Shown here: positions 1-8,990 of the stretch, piece by piece
Position numbering within the stretch: position 1 is the stretch's first letter
How the letters are laid out: the number at the start of each line of letters is the position of its first letter
From: Candidatus Woesearchaeota archaeon
GTDB taxonomy: Archaea > Nanobdellota > Nanobdellia > Woesearchaeales > GW2011-AR15
Length of the DNA: 58,334 bases
Reading direction: 5' to 3'
Assembly (NCBI GenBank): GCA_038874655.1
Contig: JAVZBY010000005.1
Location: forward strand, 6,430-64,763
Translations under genes and position numbers: made by a program
The notes under the pieces: generated by a model
Seen by the model: the letters and a program-made list of their open reading frames with translations, nothing else
Databases searched by the model: none
What the model was told of the DNA's origin: nothing

Positions 1-1189
1 TTGCTGTTTCAGAATTATAAAGTGGCATATACACTAATAAAATAACAGGACTTCCTTGATTTATATAATTTTTTAAAGAATCAAAAGAAATATCTTTTGT
101 GCAATATGAATTAATTGAATCATACTTATTTGCATGTTCTACTATTCTAACTGGGTTTGTATATGATCCTATAGAACTTACGCCAATCCAAAGTTTAAAT
201 AAATCATAATTTCTATTATGGAAACCATCTAAAGCCATTTTTAAAGTTGTTGGTCCACATGCAGCAGAACAAGCTACTATGCCAAAATCACACTGTGCAT
301 AAAAAGGAAGGTTTAATTTTTTATTTCCTGGAGGACATGGTAGATTACAACATATGTTAACATCACATTCAACTGAACTTTCACTAAAGTATTTTTTAAC
401 CAATTGTTTATTGCTTCCACAATAAGAGCAATAATTATTTTTATCAGTTTTTGTATTATCTGTGGATTTTATCTCTGAAAATTTATTGTTTTCTGTACTA
501 GTTTGTGCATATAATTGTGTTTTATCTTTTAAAATATCAGATTCAAGTTTTAAATCTAAATCTGTGTTATCTCCACAAAAATTTCTATCAACTTCAAAAT
601 AATTATAAGCACTGTTAAAATTTAATCCTGTGTTTAAAGAATTACAATCTCCTTGTTCTATCATTATATAAGTTGTTGTCAATCCTGTGGATAATGCGCA
701 GCATTTTCCTGTTATTGGTTTCATTAGTTCTGTTACTAATTTATTTTTTGTTTTTGCATAGATTATTAATTTTTGTTCTTTATTATTTGAATCCTCATTA
801 CTAATAAAATAAAAATCATATCCTGGATATGTTGCATTTAAAAAATAAAATGTTTTCTTTATATCTATCATTTTTATATTATTTAGAGATATTTTACAAG
901 ATTTAGTATTGATTAATTTATAACCAAAATATTCATCCTTACAATCAATATTAAAAGCATTTTCAAAGTTATTGAATAAATTATCATAGAAATTTTGTTT
1001 AATAGAGTTTTCAATATAAAAATTAAATTTTTCAGCTTTTTCGTATGTATTCATTATTTGATAGGATGTTGTGCCAATAACTTCATCAAAAGAATTATAT
1101 TTTGTATATAATCTAACTATAATTGTAAAAATAACTATGATAATAATAATCATTAAAAAAACTGAATATTCTGTTGCTTTTTTTTTCAT
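1..1189 (-). CDS. Prepilin-like (class III signal) protein with C-terminal C39-like cysteine peptidase domain; 3' end outside window
   Basis: Not in ORF track; hand-translated open frame from ATG at 1189 to window edge. MKKKA|TEYSVFLMIIIIIVIFTIIV, Cys-rich middle, then LNLPFYAQ...SAACGPTTLKMAL...INQGSPVILLV (C39-like pattern; catalytic Cys codon 257-259). Confidence 0.8.
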   Translation of the reverse strand, partial: MKKKATEYSVFLMIIIIIVIFTIIVRLYTKYNSFDEVIGTTSYQIMNTYEKAEKFNFYIENSIKQNFYDNLFNNFENAFNIDCKDEYFGYKLINTKSCKISLNNIKMIDIKKTFYFLNATYPGYDFYFISNEDSNNKEQKLIIYAKTKNKLVTELMKPITGKCCALSTGLTTTYIMIEQGDCNSLNTGLNFNSAYNYFEVDRNFCGDNTDLDLKLESDILKDKTQLYAQTSTENNKFSEIKSTDNTKTDKNNYCSYCGSNKQLVKKYFSESSVECDVNICCNLPCPPGNKKLNLPFYAQCDFGIVACSAACGPTTLKMALDGFHNRNYDLFKLWIGVSSIGSYTNPVRIVEHANKYDSINSYCTKDISFDSLKNYINQGSPVILLVYMPLYNSETA

Positions 1190-1228
1190 TTTACCTTAAT
1201 GTGTCCTGATAATTAATCAATGTTATTA

Positions 1229-1657
1229 TCAATCAAATAATTTTACATATAAATATTCGTTATTTACAGGAATTTTTGCATTAGCATCAAAATTTTTTAT
1301 AAATTCAGATATTTTTTTACAATTTTCAGATTCATGAAATAATTTGGTTCCTATAGAAAATTTATAACAAATTTTCTCATCAAAAGCATCAAAAAATAGT
1401 TTGTTCAAATAATGTTTAGATTTTGTAAAATCATTTTCATAATAATCTTGTAAAAGTGTATCTGCAAAAGTGCCCTCTTCTGTTGGATATCTAAGAATAT
1501 TTACTAAAATTAGATCATTGTGCAATTTATCTTGATTTTCATTTAGTTTAAATTCAGAGAGTTTTATAAAATTTAAAGATATTACAAATAAAACTATAAA
1601 AATGAATATAATAAAAAAGGATATTAAATCAGCTTCAAGGTATGCATTTTTTTTCAT
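1229..1657 (-). CDS. Prepilin-like protein (class III signal peptide)
   Basis: MKKNA|YLEADLISFFIIFIFIVLFVISL: basic leader, Ala at -1, hydrophobic helix; C-terminal Cys pair. Confidence 0.7.
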   Translation of the reverse strand: MKKNAYLEADLISFFIIFIFIVLFVISLNFIKLSEFKLNENQDKLHNDLILVNILRYPTEEGTFADTLLQDYYENDFTKSKHYLNKLFFDAFDEKICYKFSIGTKLFHESENCKKISEFIKNFDANAKIPVNNEYLYVKLFD

Positions 1658-1712
1658 TTTTTTGATTTATAGTGTGTATTTTTTAATTTATTAAAACAAT
1701 TATTTATTTATA

Positions 1713-2255
1713 CTATTTTTTCCATACCACTTCAATAAATAGTTTTGCAGGGATTAATAATTCATTTTTCTTTAAAAAGATAAGATAATTATTTGAATAG
1801 GAATCATATTTGTTTGAAAATGTTAAAAATTTGGCGTCTTCATAAAATTCTTTATTAAAAAATAATTCTTTTTCTAAGGGATTATTATTTTCATTATATC
1901 TTATAACAACTTTAAAACCGACTTCTTGTTTTAATGCCAAAGACTCTGTACTTTGTTGATTGCTTTTAGAAAAACATTTATCAAGACTTTCTTGATTTAT
2001 TTTGCTAAAATCAAAAACACCAGGATTATTAATAATGCCATCATTATAAACAAAACAATCATTACTATATAATAACCTAGTTGCAATTGTAAAAAATCTT
2101 GCTTTTTTTATATCAAGATTTTCTTTTATAATGTTATTTAATAAATAAACTATTATTGAAATTATTAATAATGTTATAATTACCCTAACAAACCATAAAA
2201 CCCATGTGCCTGTTTCAGCTTTTTTTGCAAATTTTTTCGAAATGATTAGTTTCAT
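1713..2255 (-). CDS. Prepilin-like protein (class III signal peptide)
   Basis: ...KFAKKA|ETGTWVLWFVRVIITLLIISIIVYLL; two Cys in the globular part. Confidence 0.7.
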   Translation of the reverse strand: MKLIISKKFAKKAETGTWVLWFVRVIITLLIISIIVYLLNNIIKENLDIKKARFFTIATRLLYSNDCFVYNDGIINNPGVFDFSKINQESLDKCFSKSNQQSTESLALKQEVGFKVVIRYNENNNPLEKELFFNKEFYEDAKFLTFSNKYDSYSNNYLIFLKKNELLIPAKLFIEVVWKK

Positions 2256-2296
2256 TTTTAAATTTTTTATTTGAATTATTTTATCTAGGATATATA

Positions 2297-2782
2297 TTAT
2301 TTATTTTCTAATGCTTTCTCTCTTAGATTATAATAATTTATTTTTTTATTTGTCTTTATAATTGCCAATTGTATAGGAATTACTTTTTCATTTTTAGTTG
2401 TTTTTTCTATTATTGGATTAAGTTCTGTTTCACTTATTTTAATAGAAGGATTACCTAAGAAAAAAGAATCTAATTTTGCTTGGTCTTTTTTTATTTGTAA
2501 TTTATTTTCATTAAAAATTAAATTATAATCTTGCAATTCTTTATCATAAAAAAAAACAATATCATTATTGCTGCTTAATATAGCTTCATTTATTAAAGAT
2601 AAATCTGTGGCTATATAGTTTCTTTCAAAGTAATCTGAACTAGTTATCATTAAAACAAAAGCCATTAAAGGAACAAATATTACAAAAAAAGCTATAAATA
2701 GATTTATTATTTTTTCCCATAACATTGAAAAAGCATCATGTGATGCTTTTTTTGATTTAAAAATTTTGAATGGCATATTCAT
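2297..2782 (-). CDS. Prepilin-like protein (class III signal peptide)
   Basis: ...KSKKA|SHDAFSMLWEKIINLFIAFFVIFVPLMAFVL. Confidence 0.65.
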   Translation of the reverse strand: MNMPFKIFKSKKASHDAFSMLWEKIINLFIAFFVIFVPLMAFVLMITSSDYFERNYIATDLSLINEAILSSNNDIVFFYDKELQDYNLIFNENKLQIKKDQAKLDSFFLGNPSIKISETELNPIIEKTTKNEKVIPIQLAIIKTNKKINYYNLREKALENK

Positions 2783-3027
2783 AAAAATTTAATGAATCAC
2801 CCCTATATAAAATTATTTATATTTTGTAAGATAATTCATAAATGAGCATAAAAAAAGATCTATAATAAAAAAATTTACTTATTTTTTAGATATTTATTTT
2901 AATATTGTTTTGTAAAAGACATTTTAGATTAGAAAAATATATTAATCAAATATGTAAATATATTTATATCAAACTATATTTGATATTAAATAAAGTAAAA
3001 AAATCTATATCAATTATTAAATAAAAA

Positions 3028-3168
3028 ATGAAAAAAAATAAAAAATCTGAAATCAGTTCTATTTTAAAGATAATCGGAATTATTATATTAGGTGTTATCT
3101 TTTTGATTATATTAAGTTTAATTTTTAAAGAAAAATTAAATCAACTTTTAATAGATACTTTAAAATGA
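3028..3168 (+). CDS. 46-aa minimal pilin-like peptide
   Basis: Below track cut-off; MKKNKKS|EISSILKIIGIIILGVIFLIILSLIFKEKLNQLLIDTLK*; resembles 4272..4493. Confidence 0.65.
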   Translation: MKKNKKSEISSILKIIGIIILGVIFLIILSLIFKEKLNQLLIDTLK

Positions 3169-3217
3169 TAATTAATAATGTCATAATAAAAAAATATAAT
3201 AAATATTTTTTAATTAT

Positions 3218-4321
3218 ATGGGTTTGCACAAACAAAATAAAAAAATGAAAATTATGAAAAATGAACAAAAAAAAGGTGCATTAGTAATTAGTGAAGTAAT
3301 TGGTGCAATATTGGTAATTGCTGTATTCCTAATATTGTTCATAACAACCGGACTTTATAAGATAATCTTAGGTGAATCAGGAAAAGATTTAATGTGCGAA
3401 GGAAGTTTTATAGCAAGTGCATTAACAAGGCCTTTTTTAAATTATGGTAATTCTGTTATAGATCCAAATTGCGCTGTGAATAAAATTACTGTTGTTAATA
3501 ATAAAAAAGATAATATAGAAAATCAATATGTATTACAACAAGATTATAGAAGTACAATATTAGCACAAAGTTTAGATACATATGAAAGAGTAAAAAATTG
3601 GAATAAAAACCAAGAAATTCCAGAAGAAACAAAATTTAGTTATTTTGAGGATTATTCAAGAGAAATTTTTAGTAATGGTGAAAAAATAACCTTAGATAAC
3701 CCAACTATAGAACAAAAAGAATATGTTAGAGGAAGATATAATTTAGATAGATTATTTGCTGAGGAAATGAAAAGATGCTGGAATATTGTTGGACAAGGAG
3801 AATTGCCTTTATTTGACAATTGGTTTACTTTTGTTGATTGTGATAAAAATCAAAATGGAATACAAAATTGTGAAAATATAGAGAAATGGATTTCTGCAAT
3901 AAAGAATGGTAAAATAAAACCAACTGCTACTTTTTGTGTTTTATGCGCAAGAATAAAGTTTGATGATGAAATAAATAATAAATTTAGTGGAGTTGATAAT
4001 GGTTATTATAGCTCTGTTGCAAGATGGATGGGGAATCATCCAATAAGAAATGATAAAAAAGAAAGTTATTATGATTATGTATATAATACTGATAAAATGA
4101 GTTCATTTGCTGAGATGTTTTTTCCAAAATATAGAACGGATAGAGCATATGCTGTTGTTTTCATGAGGATAAATGACCATGGAGGGATAAATTTTTTTAA
4201 AACTTTAGCTGGATTAAATAAATATAAAAATAGTGATGTTTATTATGCTAATATAATTAAGTTGATACCATATGAAGATATATCAAAAGAGTGTGATTAT
4301 CTTGTCGCATCTGAAGTATAA
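3218..4321 (+). CDS. Prepilin-like Cys-containing protein (367 aa; start may be a downstream Met)
   Basis: KNEQKKG|ALVISEVIGAILVIAVFLILFI; Cys motifs MCEGS, EMKRCW, FCVLCARIKF, ECDYL. Confidence 0.75.
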   Translation: MGLHKQNKKMKIMKNEQKKGALVISEVIGAILVIAVFLILFITTGLYKIILGESGKDLMCEGSFIASALTRPFLNYGNSVIDPNCAVNKITVVNNKKDNIENQYVLQQDYRSTILAQSLDTYERVKNWNKNQEIPEETKFSYFEDYSREIFSNGEKITLDNPTIEQKEYVRGRYNLDRLFAEEMKRCWNIVGQGELPLFDNWFTFVDCDKNQNGIQNCENIEKWISAIKNGKIKPTATFCVLCARIKFDDEINNKFSGVDNGYYSSVARWMGNHPIRNDKKESYYDYVYNTDKMSSFAEMFFPKYRTDRAYAVVFMRINDHGGINFFKTLAGLNKYKNSDVYYANIIKLIPYEDISKECDYLVASEV

Positions 4322-4493
4322 AAATATTAATAAAAATTTAAAAAAAAAAATTAAAAAAAATGCAGAAATAAGTATTGAAACTGCAGCAATTTTAATTATT
4401 GCATTAGCATTAGTTGTGGCTGTATTATTAATTGTTTTTAGAAATAAGTTAGTAATGGAAAAATTGCTTTATCTTTTTAGAGGATTAAGATGA
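4272..4493 (+). CDS. Small pilin-like peptide (start uncertain)
   Basis: KKIKKNA|EISIETAAILIIALALVVAVLLIVF with Glu at +5; stop overlaps next ATG (ATGA, 4490-4493). Confidence 0.65.
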   Translation: MKIYQKSVIILSHLKYKNINKNLKKKIKKNAEISIETAAILIIALALVVAVLLIVFRNKLVMEKLLYLFRGLR

Positions 4494-7400
4494 AAAAAGC
4501 AATTATGCTTTCAAGTGTGATTGTTTTAATTATATCAGTTATAGTAATTTTAGTTGCTTTAAATGGTATTTTAGTCTTAACAAAAGTTGGTGAAGAAGCA
4601 AGAGAATTAATTTTTCCTGAAGAAAGTGAATTCTCACCAACTATTTTTGCTCCGAAAAATGTTCAAGAAATAAATGTTGAAAATTCTGTCAAAGCACTTA
4701 TATGTAGTATTAATGCAATTACTTATTTAGACAAAAATAATATTACTGATGAAAAAAAATTTAACGATATTTATAAAGATAAGGAATTTTGGAAAAAAGC
4801 GTGTGGAGATATAAAACCCTCTTATTATACAAAAGAAATGGAAGATAATGAGGAAAATGAAGATGTAGAAAAAAATAGAAATACTGGGAAATTATGTACA
4901 GAGAAGTTAGGTGTTTGCCTAAGTAAAGATGAAAAGGATAAGCAATATTATGTCAATAAAGCACTAGAAGAAAATTTATTATATTATAAGCCTGCTGAAT
5001 ATAACCCCAATAATAAAGATACTTGCCCAGAAGAAAAACCTTATTGTAGATTAGTTTGTGATCAAGGAGGTTATTTTAAAATAGGCGGCTCTTGTAATCC
5101 AGGGAAAAAAGAATGTGCAGGAATTGGTAATGATATGGCTAGTTATTGTTTAGCAACAGGAGTATGGTGTCAAAGAGATTGTTCACCTGGATTTTTACAA
5201 ACAGGAAAATGCTCCGAAGATAAAAATATTGTATATTGCGAAGATAGTAAAAAAGATATTACTGAGGATTTAAAAATTATTGCTAAACAGGTTGAAGCTT
5301 TAGAAGGAATTGATTGTACAGAAGGGAAAGTTTATGGTAGTAGTTGTGTCAAGTGTGCTTATGATATTAATCCGCCATATTTTAAGTGTTATGTTAATAA
5401 TTTTAATTTACCTCAAGAATTTAACAATGAAAAAGGTTTTTTTGATAAATGGATAGCTGGTTTTGGTGATCCTAAGTATTTAATTTATTATGAGGCATTT
5501 CCTGATGGAGAGGATCAATATTGGAAAGCGGATTATGGAACATTAAGTCCTATTGCATTGTATAGCGGAGCTATTTCTGCAGTACTTTTGCCAGTTAATC
5601 CAAATATAATAAGTAAGGCTATTGCAAAGGCTCCTCTTAGTGAAATTATGGAAGAAACTTTTGCAGGTGGAATTATAAAAAGCATATCCAAACAAAGTAG
5701 TAGAATAAAAAATAGATTATTTTTAGCACAATTTCAAAACAAAGAATTAGTATATAAAATAGAGATGATTCAAGAAGCTGCTGAAAAATTTGGAGGAAAA
5801 TTAAATCCTTTTAAAGAATTTGGTGAGATAGATACAAGTCAGTTTATTCCTATATATAAAAAATATATTGATAATACAGGGAAATTAACCAATGAAGAAG
5901 ATTTATTTATAGAGTTAAGTGAAGAAATAAATAGACAATGGTCAAAAAAATATGCTGGAACTTTAACAAAAAGAGAATTAGAACTACAAGCAGATGAATA
6001 TGCAAGTATTTTAGTAGAAGATTTAATAAAACCTACTTTAAATAGTAAAATTGATGTTGCTGCTGCAAGAATTGCTAGAAACTTTGAAATTCCATTAACT
6101 CATTTCTTTGGAAAAGGTGAACTAAGTGAAGAAGCATTAGATACTTTTTTAAACACAGGTGTAAAAAGAGGTGAAGATTTAAATTATATTATAAATAGTG
6201 GTTTATTAAAAAAGGATTTTGATCTTCAAGGTTATCTAAAAAAAGTAAATGATGCATTGGATAAAAATTTAGATCCTGATCTAAGATTTGGGAATGAGAT
6301 AAAGATTATTTTAGAAAATTTAGAAAAAAGAAACAAATTAGATGTTTATGGGAATCTAATATTTACAAAAACACCTTTAGGGATTCTAACTGATCAAGTC
6401 CAAATAAAAAATAAATTAATAAAAATAGGACTGAGTGCATTTAATACAGAACATAGAGCTTTTACACTAATTTTAATTAGTTGGTTAGGTGATTTAATTG
6501 ATAGTGAAAATCAAAAATTATTGCCGCATGGTGTTAATAAAATTGTCTTAAAGACACCCAATATGTTTGGTTATGGTTATGAATATGATTTAAAAAATGC
6601 TAATCCTTATACCATAATTATTAGAACAAAAGGAAAAGATAATGATGCTTTTAAAAGAATGTATTTTGCAAGTCCATGTAAAGCAGATTTAGAAGTTTCT
6701 AAAGTTGAATTTCATCAAATTTTAACAAGTAATTCTTTTTGGCAATCTGATTTAGGGTATAATAATATTAAAAATTATGATATCTATAATTTTGGTTCTG
6801 GAGATACTTTAGTTAAAAAAAACACATTAGGTTATAAAAAAATAGAATATAATTTTAAATTAGAAGAAAAGGTAAATGATGTTAGTAATTATAGGGATGC
6901 ATTGCAAAAATTAAAAGAAATAGATTCCAGTTTTAATGAGAATACAAAATTAAGTTCTATTTTTAGTTATGCAGAAAAAAAATTAAATGAGGGAGATATT
7001 GAAAAAGCATTAAAAGCATATGTTATTTTAGCAAAATATTATCCTTTATATTCTATGGATGAGGATGTCAAAATTTATGAAAAGATAGATAAAATATTGA
7101 CTGAGCCAAATTTATTTTTAAAAATAGAAAAAGATAAATTAAAAGAAATTGCATTTGAAGAATTAAATACATTACAAGAAAGAGGAGAATTTTTTTATAA
7201 ATATATGAATGATGAAAATTGTAAATCTGTTAATAATTATATAAAAAATAATTGTGATGAACAACTTGATAATTTAGAATTTAGTGGTATGTTTGTTGAT
7301 TCTCCATATATAAAATATCTAATGAATAATTTTAAAAATGAATATATTACCGAATTTTGGAATTATTATCTTGCTTCAGAAGAAAAAACAATAAATTATC

Positions 7401-8200
7401 TAACCAATAAGTATAAAGCCTCACTTTTGTACATAAATAACCCTTATAATTATCAAAACAAAAATGATGAAGAAAAAGAAATATGGAAAGAATATTATTC
7501 TGACTATCCAAGTCTTATGCTTAAAGACTATGGTAATTTTAAAAGTGGAAAAATATTAATTCCTACTCACATAAAATATAAAATAAAATTATTAGATGGT
7601 AAAAAAATTCCAGAATATCCTAATTTTATATCATTTTCTAAATTTTATTTACCCATTTATGTAAAATATAAGGAAGATATAAACTTCAAAGATGATAGTG
7701 ATATTGAATTATTTGAAAAAAAAGAGTATTATGAAGACAAAGCAATTGAGACAGAAAAAGAATATTTTTTTGAAAAAGATGATTTAATTAAATGGATTAG
7801 TATTAGTCAAGAGATTCAAAGGAGAGGATTGGTTGATGCATCTTTTGCTGTTAAAATTGTTGATAACCTTGAATTAAAAGATGACACCAAAGAAGTATCT
7901 TTAAGTTCTTGGGGAATAGAAATAAATGCACACCTACACAAAATAAAAGAACCAAACTATTGTTATCAATCTTATGATCCAACTTTAGCAAATATAATTG
8001 GTAGTGTTTCTTTAGTTTCTATGTTTGTAGATGATGTTGCTGGAAGTTTGGCTGCATTTGGTTGTGCTAGCACAGGTGTTGGTGCTACAGCAACAACTGT
8101 TTGTTATAAAGGAGCTGCTGCATTAACAAATTATGCTAGTGCAAAAGGTGTTGAAGCATTACAAAAATTAAGAAAATGGCCTAGTCGTGGGGACATTTGA
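4490..8200 (+). CDS. Giant (1236 aa) prepilin-like, Cys-rich surface protein with Gly/Ala-rich hydrophobic C-terminus
   Basis: MKKA|IMLSSVIVLIISVIVILVAL; Cys-rich aa ~135-300; TPR-like YAEKKLNEGDIEKALKAYVILAKYYP; C-terminal IIGSVSLVSM...GSLAAFGCASTGVGATATTVC. Confidence 0.75.
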   Translation: MKKAIMLSSVIVLIISVIVILVALNGILVLTKVGEEARELIFPEESEFSPTIFAPKNVQEINVENSVKALICSINAITYLDKNNITDEKKFNDIYKDKEFWKKACGDIKPSYYTKEMEDNEENEDVEKNRNTGKLCTEKLGVCLSKDEKDKQYYVNKALEENLLYYKPAEYNPNNKDTCPEEKPYCRLVCDQGGYFKIGGSCNPGKKECAGIGNDMASYCLATGVWCQRDCSPGFLQTGKCSEDKNIVYCEDSKKDITEDLKIIAKQVEALEGIDCTEGKVYGSSCVKCAYDINPPYFKCYVNNFNLPQEFNNEKGFFDKWIAGFGDPKYLIYYEAFPDGEDQYWKADYGTLSPIALYSGAISAVLLPVNPNIISKAIAKAPLSEIMEETFAGGIIKSISKQSSRIKNRLFLAQFQNKELVYKIEMIQEAAEKFGGKLNPFKEFGEIDTSQFIPIYKKYIDNTGKLTNEEDLFIELSEEINRQWSKKYAGTLTKRELELQADEYASILVEDLIKPTLNSKIDVAAARIARNFEIPLTHFFGKGELSEEALDTFLNTGVKRGEDLNYIINSGLLKKDFDLQGYLKKVNDALDKNLDPDLRFGNEIKIILENLEKRNKLDVYGNLIFTKTPLGILTDQVQIKNKLIKIGLSAFNTEHRAFTLILISWLGDLIDSENQKLLPHGVNKIVLKTPNMFGYGYEYDLKNANPYTIIIRTKGKDNDAFKRMYFASPCKADLEVSKVEFHQILTSNSFWQSDLGYNNIKNYDIYNFGSGDTLVKKNTLGYKKIEYNFKLEEKVNDVSNYRDALQKLKEIDSSFNENTKLSSIFSYAEKKLNEGDIEKALKAYVILAKYYPLYSMDEDVKIYEKIDKILTEPNLFLKIEKDKLKEIAFEELNTLQERGEFFYKYMNDENCKSVNNYIKNNCDEQLDNLEFSGMFVDSPYIKYLMNNFKNEYITEFWNYYLASEEKTINYLTNKYKASLLYINNPYNYQNKNDEEKEIWKEYYSDYPSLMLKDYGNFKSGKILIPTHIKYKIKLLDGKKIPEYPNFISFSKFYLPIYVKYKEDINFKDDSDIELFEKKEYYEDKAIETEKEYFFEKDDLIKWISISQEIQRRGLVDASFAVKIVDNLELKDDTKEVSLSSWGIEINAHLHKIKEPNYCYQSYDPTLANIIGSVSLVSMFVDDVAGSLAAFGCASTGVGATATTVCYKGAAALTNYASAKGVEALQKLRKWPSRGDI

Positions 8201-8222
8201 GTATATTATAAAAAATTTAAAA

Positions 8223-8864
8223 TCACAAAAATCTAATAAAAATAGAATGACTATAATCATTATTTTCTATATCTTCTTTTGTAATTTTTCCTACAAAAAT
8301 AGAGCTTAAATGAATTTTATAATTATTCATAAATCTTTCAGGATCATCTATGATTTTTTCCATATAAATCCCTTTTTGAATCTCATTTTTTTCATTGAAA
8401 GAAAACTTTTTTACATATTGATAATTTTTACCCCATATTATATTAGTGTCTGGAATTTGTTTTTTCCAATCTTCATCTAAAAAAATATAAACAACTAAAT
8501 CTTCGTTTTCTTTTTTCTCAAAAATATATGCATCTGGGATATTATCTTTTTTTAATTGCTCTGAAAATCTTATTTTTATTTGGTTGTTTTCTTCGTAAAA
8601 ACTTTTAAAAGGTTTCCCTAAATAAATACCACTATGTATAAAAACAGTGTCTAAATCAAAAGTTTGTTGACCTATATAATTTTGATAAGAAAGCTTATCT
8701 GTTGCTTTATAAACACTAATATTATTTTTTATAATCCAATTTTTTGGATTATTTTTTGAATTTAAATTATATGCTGTGAAAAAGATAATAAATATTATTA
8801 TAATAGATATAAGTAATAAAAGAATAATTTTATTTTTACCTGAAATAAAATTTTTAAATTCCAT
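8223..8864 (-). CDS. Hypothetical protein with N-terminal membrane anchor
   Basis: 213-aa ORF; KNKIILLLLISIIIIFIIFFTAY; no recognised domain. Confidence 0.7.
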   Translation of the reverse strand: MEFKNFISGKNKIILLLLISIIIIFIIFFTAYNLNSKNNPKNWIIKNNISVYKATDKLSYQNYIGQQTFDLDTVFIHSGIYLGKPFKSFYEENNQIKIRFSEQLKKDNIPDAYIFEKKENEDLVVYIFLDEDWKKQIPDTNIIWGKNYQYVKKFSFNEKNEIQKGIYMEKIIDDPERFMNNYKIHLSSIFVGKITKEDIENNDYSHSIFIRFL

Positions 8865-8990
8865 AACAATTAAATAGAAGATTAGTTTTATATAATTTTC
8901 TAAAAAACAAAAAAATTATAAATCAATTATATAATAGAGTTATATACTTATTTACTTTATTGACTTTTTGATACAACTATTTAAGGTGAT

